Source of the DNA: Polymyxa betae A26-41
Lineage: Eukaryota > Protista > Endomyxa: Phytomyxea
Length of the DNA: 64,000 bases
Direction of reading: 5' to 3'
NCBI GenBank assembly: GCA_003693705.1
Contig: RBZT01000855.1
Coordinates: 186,001-250,000, forward strand
Below the pieces are notes generated by a model. The model ran no database searches and was not told where the DNA came from. It saw only the letters and a program-made list of their open reading frames with translations. Position 1 is the stretch's first letter; every line of letters starts with the position of its first letter. The translations under genes and the position numbers were made by a program. Of this stretch, positions 61,934 through 64,000 are shown in pieces.

Positions 61934-62064
61934 TTTTGTTGGTTCACTGATCATTTGACCTAAGTCGATTCTGGTCACAATTTTTCAATTCAATGCAGAT
62001 TTACTGGACTTAGGGTATTTCACTCAGATCCGTGAAACCCTGAAACAAGTAACATATTTTATGA

Positions 62065-62830
62065 CTCCTTGTAAGAAGGGGTTCAGGTTATGTAGATAGA
62101 GCTGTGTTCGAAATTGAGCACCTGATTCACGGTGACTCTCCAAGCACAGACCTTTCAATAGGACACGAACGAATAAACCCAAGATTTGAATTGAAACCGT
62201 ACCAGCAAGAGGCAGTAGTCCAAGACCAAGTCTATAGGAAGGGGGAATGGCTCAAGATCTAGTTAATGGGATGCAACACAGACGACGAAGTCGTTGAAGC
62301 AGATAAATCCCTTATAGTTAAATATGGATGGTGCTCTTTAGAGTCTTCTGGTTCGTCGTTCGTTGATAGATGTGGACTGTGCTGTGTTGTTTTGATCTAA
62401 TGCTTAGACTTTCATAAGAATCTACCGGTAGCGATTTGCTAATAAAGTAAATTCCTTTTCCCAGCGAGCCTATAACCCAGCCCGTCAATGGTATGAAGTC
62501 TCGTTTGAATGATTGGGCGTATGTTTCTTATGGAAATTGTTTAGACTAGATTCAATGCGGATGGTACCTGTAATTTAATTTCGGTTCCTGTTCGTTTAGT
62601 GCCGAACCATTCCATATATGTTTTGACGTGTACTTGGTTGTGCTGAGAATCGTATTGTTGATATTGCCAACGAGTTGTTGAAAAGGGTTGTATCAACTGG
62701 TCGTCAGGTACCCCGTCATGTAGCTTTGTAGATTACGGCCAACGGCTCTACAAATACGGTCAACAACTGCAAGGTCCGAATTGAAGATTTCAGGTCGTTG
62801 AACATAATGATGATGTCCTTGAAATGATTG
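62065..62830 (+). pseudogene. Interrupted coding-like fragments (SF2 helicase Q-motif-like; cis-prenyltransferase-like)
   Basis: FELKPYQQEAV near 62185; LLKRVVSTGRQVPRHVAL* near 62675-62730; in-frame stops and no starts. Confidence 0.25.
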
Positions 62831-62881
62831 TATTGGTTTCATTTCGTAATACATTCCAGAATTCTTACAATATGTAGGAAC

Positions 62882-63510
62882 ATGAGCAGTTACCGTCCGG
62901 TTGCCAACGACCCTGCTCTAGGGCGCTTCTCGCCTGCTATCCCTGCCGGTGCTGTCGACAGGGACGCTGTCGGCAGAGATTCGATACGCAAACGGAAGAT
63001 TCATCAATTGGCATCGATTCTGTAGTAACTGCGCCTGGACTTCACAGCAATTAATTGACCAAAAGGGACAATAACAGCTCCAAAGCTGTTAGTCCAGGGC
63101 TCACTTAAACAGTACTACACACGTTGCATCCTGGGCTAGCTTTCGTTGCTGAAGTTGATCTTGCGGAAATTCGAACTTCGCAGGCCATTTCACAAGCTGC
63201 TGGTGCTGATGTGGCGCCACCCTGGTTTGCCGGAGCGATGGCCTTAACGATTGCTTCATTACAAGCGCGTCTTGAAAACATTTCGCGCTTTCGCTCAAAT
63301 CGATTGGTATGCAGCCTCGATTACTATTGTACTCGTTTATTTACGCTTAAATTGACTCAGGAGTTTGCTACACAGAAGCGTCTTCCGAATGTTATGCCAT
63401 TTAAAGTTGATGCCGAATTTTCGTACGGCCCTCCTATCCCCGCGATGGATCCGCCCAGGATTCCTGCAAATATTGCTGCCATATTTGCCGCTCCTGCTCC
63501 AATGAAATGA
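62882..63510 (+). CDS. Ala/Pro-rich hypothetical protein, possibly truncated (APPWF motif reminiscent of Mug135-like proteins)
   Basis: ATG 62882; VAPPWFAGAM..ARLEN; clean in-frame GTATGC..CAG intron near 63307-63360; first splice junction unresolved. Confidence 0.35.
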
Positions 63511-64000
63511 ACCCTAAGAATCAAAAGGGGAGGCAAACTAGAGAACTAGAAGAAGACCACAGGAGCAAGACGGAAGAGGACAGAACTAAAACGAGAAGAC
63601 GAAACGAATGACCGCAGCCGAATTGGGCTATATCTGCAGATGGTACAATATTACCGCCGATATCGTTCCTGGTGATCTTCTGCACGAGCAGCGTCGAAAA
63701 CACTTCAGGATTTACATATTTCCATTGTTCAGTTTCCTTACATACAGTATATGTTTGTAATTGTACCTAACCGACCATGCCAGGCTCTGAATCCGTCGGG
63801 CTACCGTTAAGAGGGATGCCCGGCAACTGATCCTTCCGGGCGATCATTCTGCACACCAAGCAGACGCGATACGCGGATGAATGCGATAACGATTTACTCC
63901 TGGAGAATCATAGCGATGTGTAGGTCTCACCACCGTCTTCAAACATCTCTATTCCTAATATTCCAAGTTCTGTCTGTCTGTACATCTCTAGGGTTTAGGA

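Noticed and set aside
63989-64000. Chromosome telomere at the window end
   Set aside because: Under two repeat units are visible, and on the minus strand the motif also reads as a branch point plus AG acceptor.
1-64000. Alternative genetic code, CRISPR array, rRNA/tRNA genes or intact transposon
   Set aside because: Stops interrupting conserved genes are explained by short introns under the standard code. I saw no repeat-spacer array, RNA-gene signature or transposase/RT ORF.

Overview
Gene-dense eukaryotic nuclear DNA with many very short (~40-60 nt) GT-AG introns and intergenic gaps often under 150 nt. Flagellar genes, tiny introns, moderate GC and TTTTAGGG-like motifs suggest a zoosporic protist, possibly a plasmodiophorid (inference only). 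About 27 genes were reconstructed by hand-splicing the ORF track: a tail-anchored protoglobin-type globin, PRA1, a large uncharacterised protein, ASCC2, MND1, ZMYND12, UPF2, a chromodomain protein, an EF-hand/Cys-rich/PH/kinase protein (CDPK7-like), eIF3a, a UBZ4 protein, PDK1, a UPF0173-type metallo-hydrolase, NSE1, a PKD2 channel, a CYHR1-like RING/TRAF protein, a CFAP99-like protein, PNKP, a CorA transporter, a PB1-UBA receptor, MED31, a DUSP11-like phosphatase, VPS53, RPN5 and GCN1. Decayed coding-like fragments occur at both ends and in some intergenic gaps. No rRNA, tRNA, CRISPR array or intact mobile element was seen. I found no clearly demonstrable new multi-gene system. The best leads are the membrane-anchored globin, two co-directional gene pairs only 14 and 27 nt apart, a Ubl-like-CorA fusion, a stop codon that doubles as a splice acceptor, a RING-truncated NSE1 overlapping PKD2, and a phased repeat in a divergent promoter. 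CDS coordinates are gene spans including introns; some termini are approximate.
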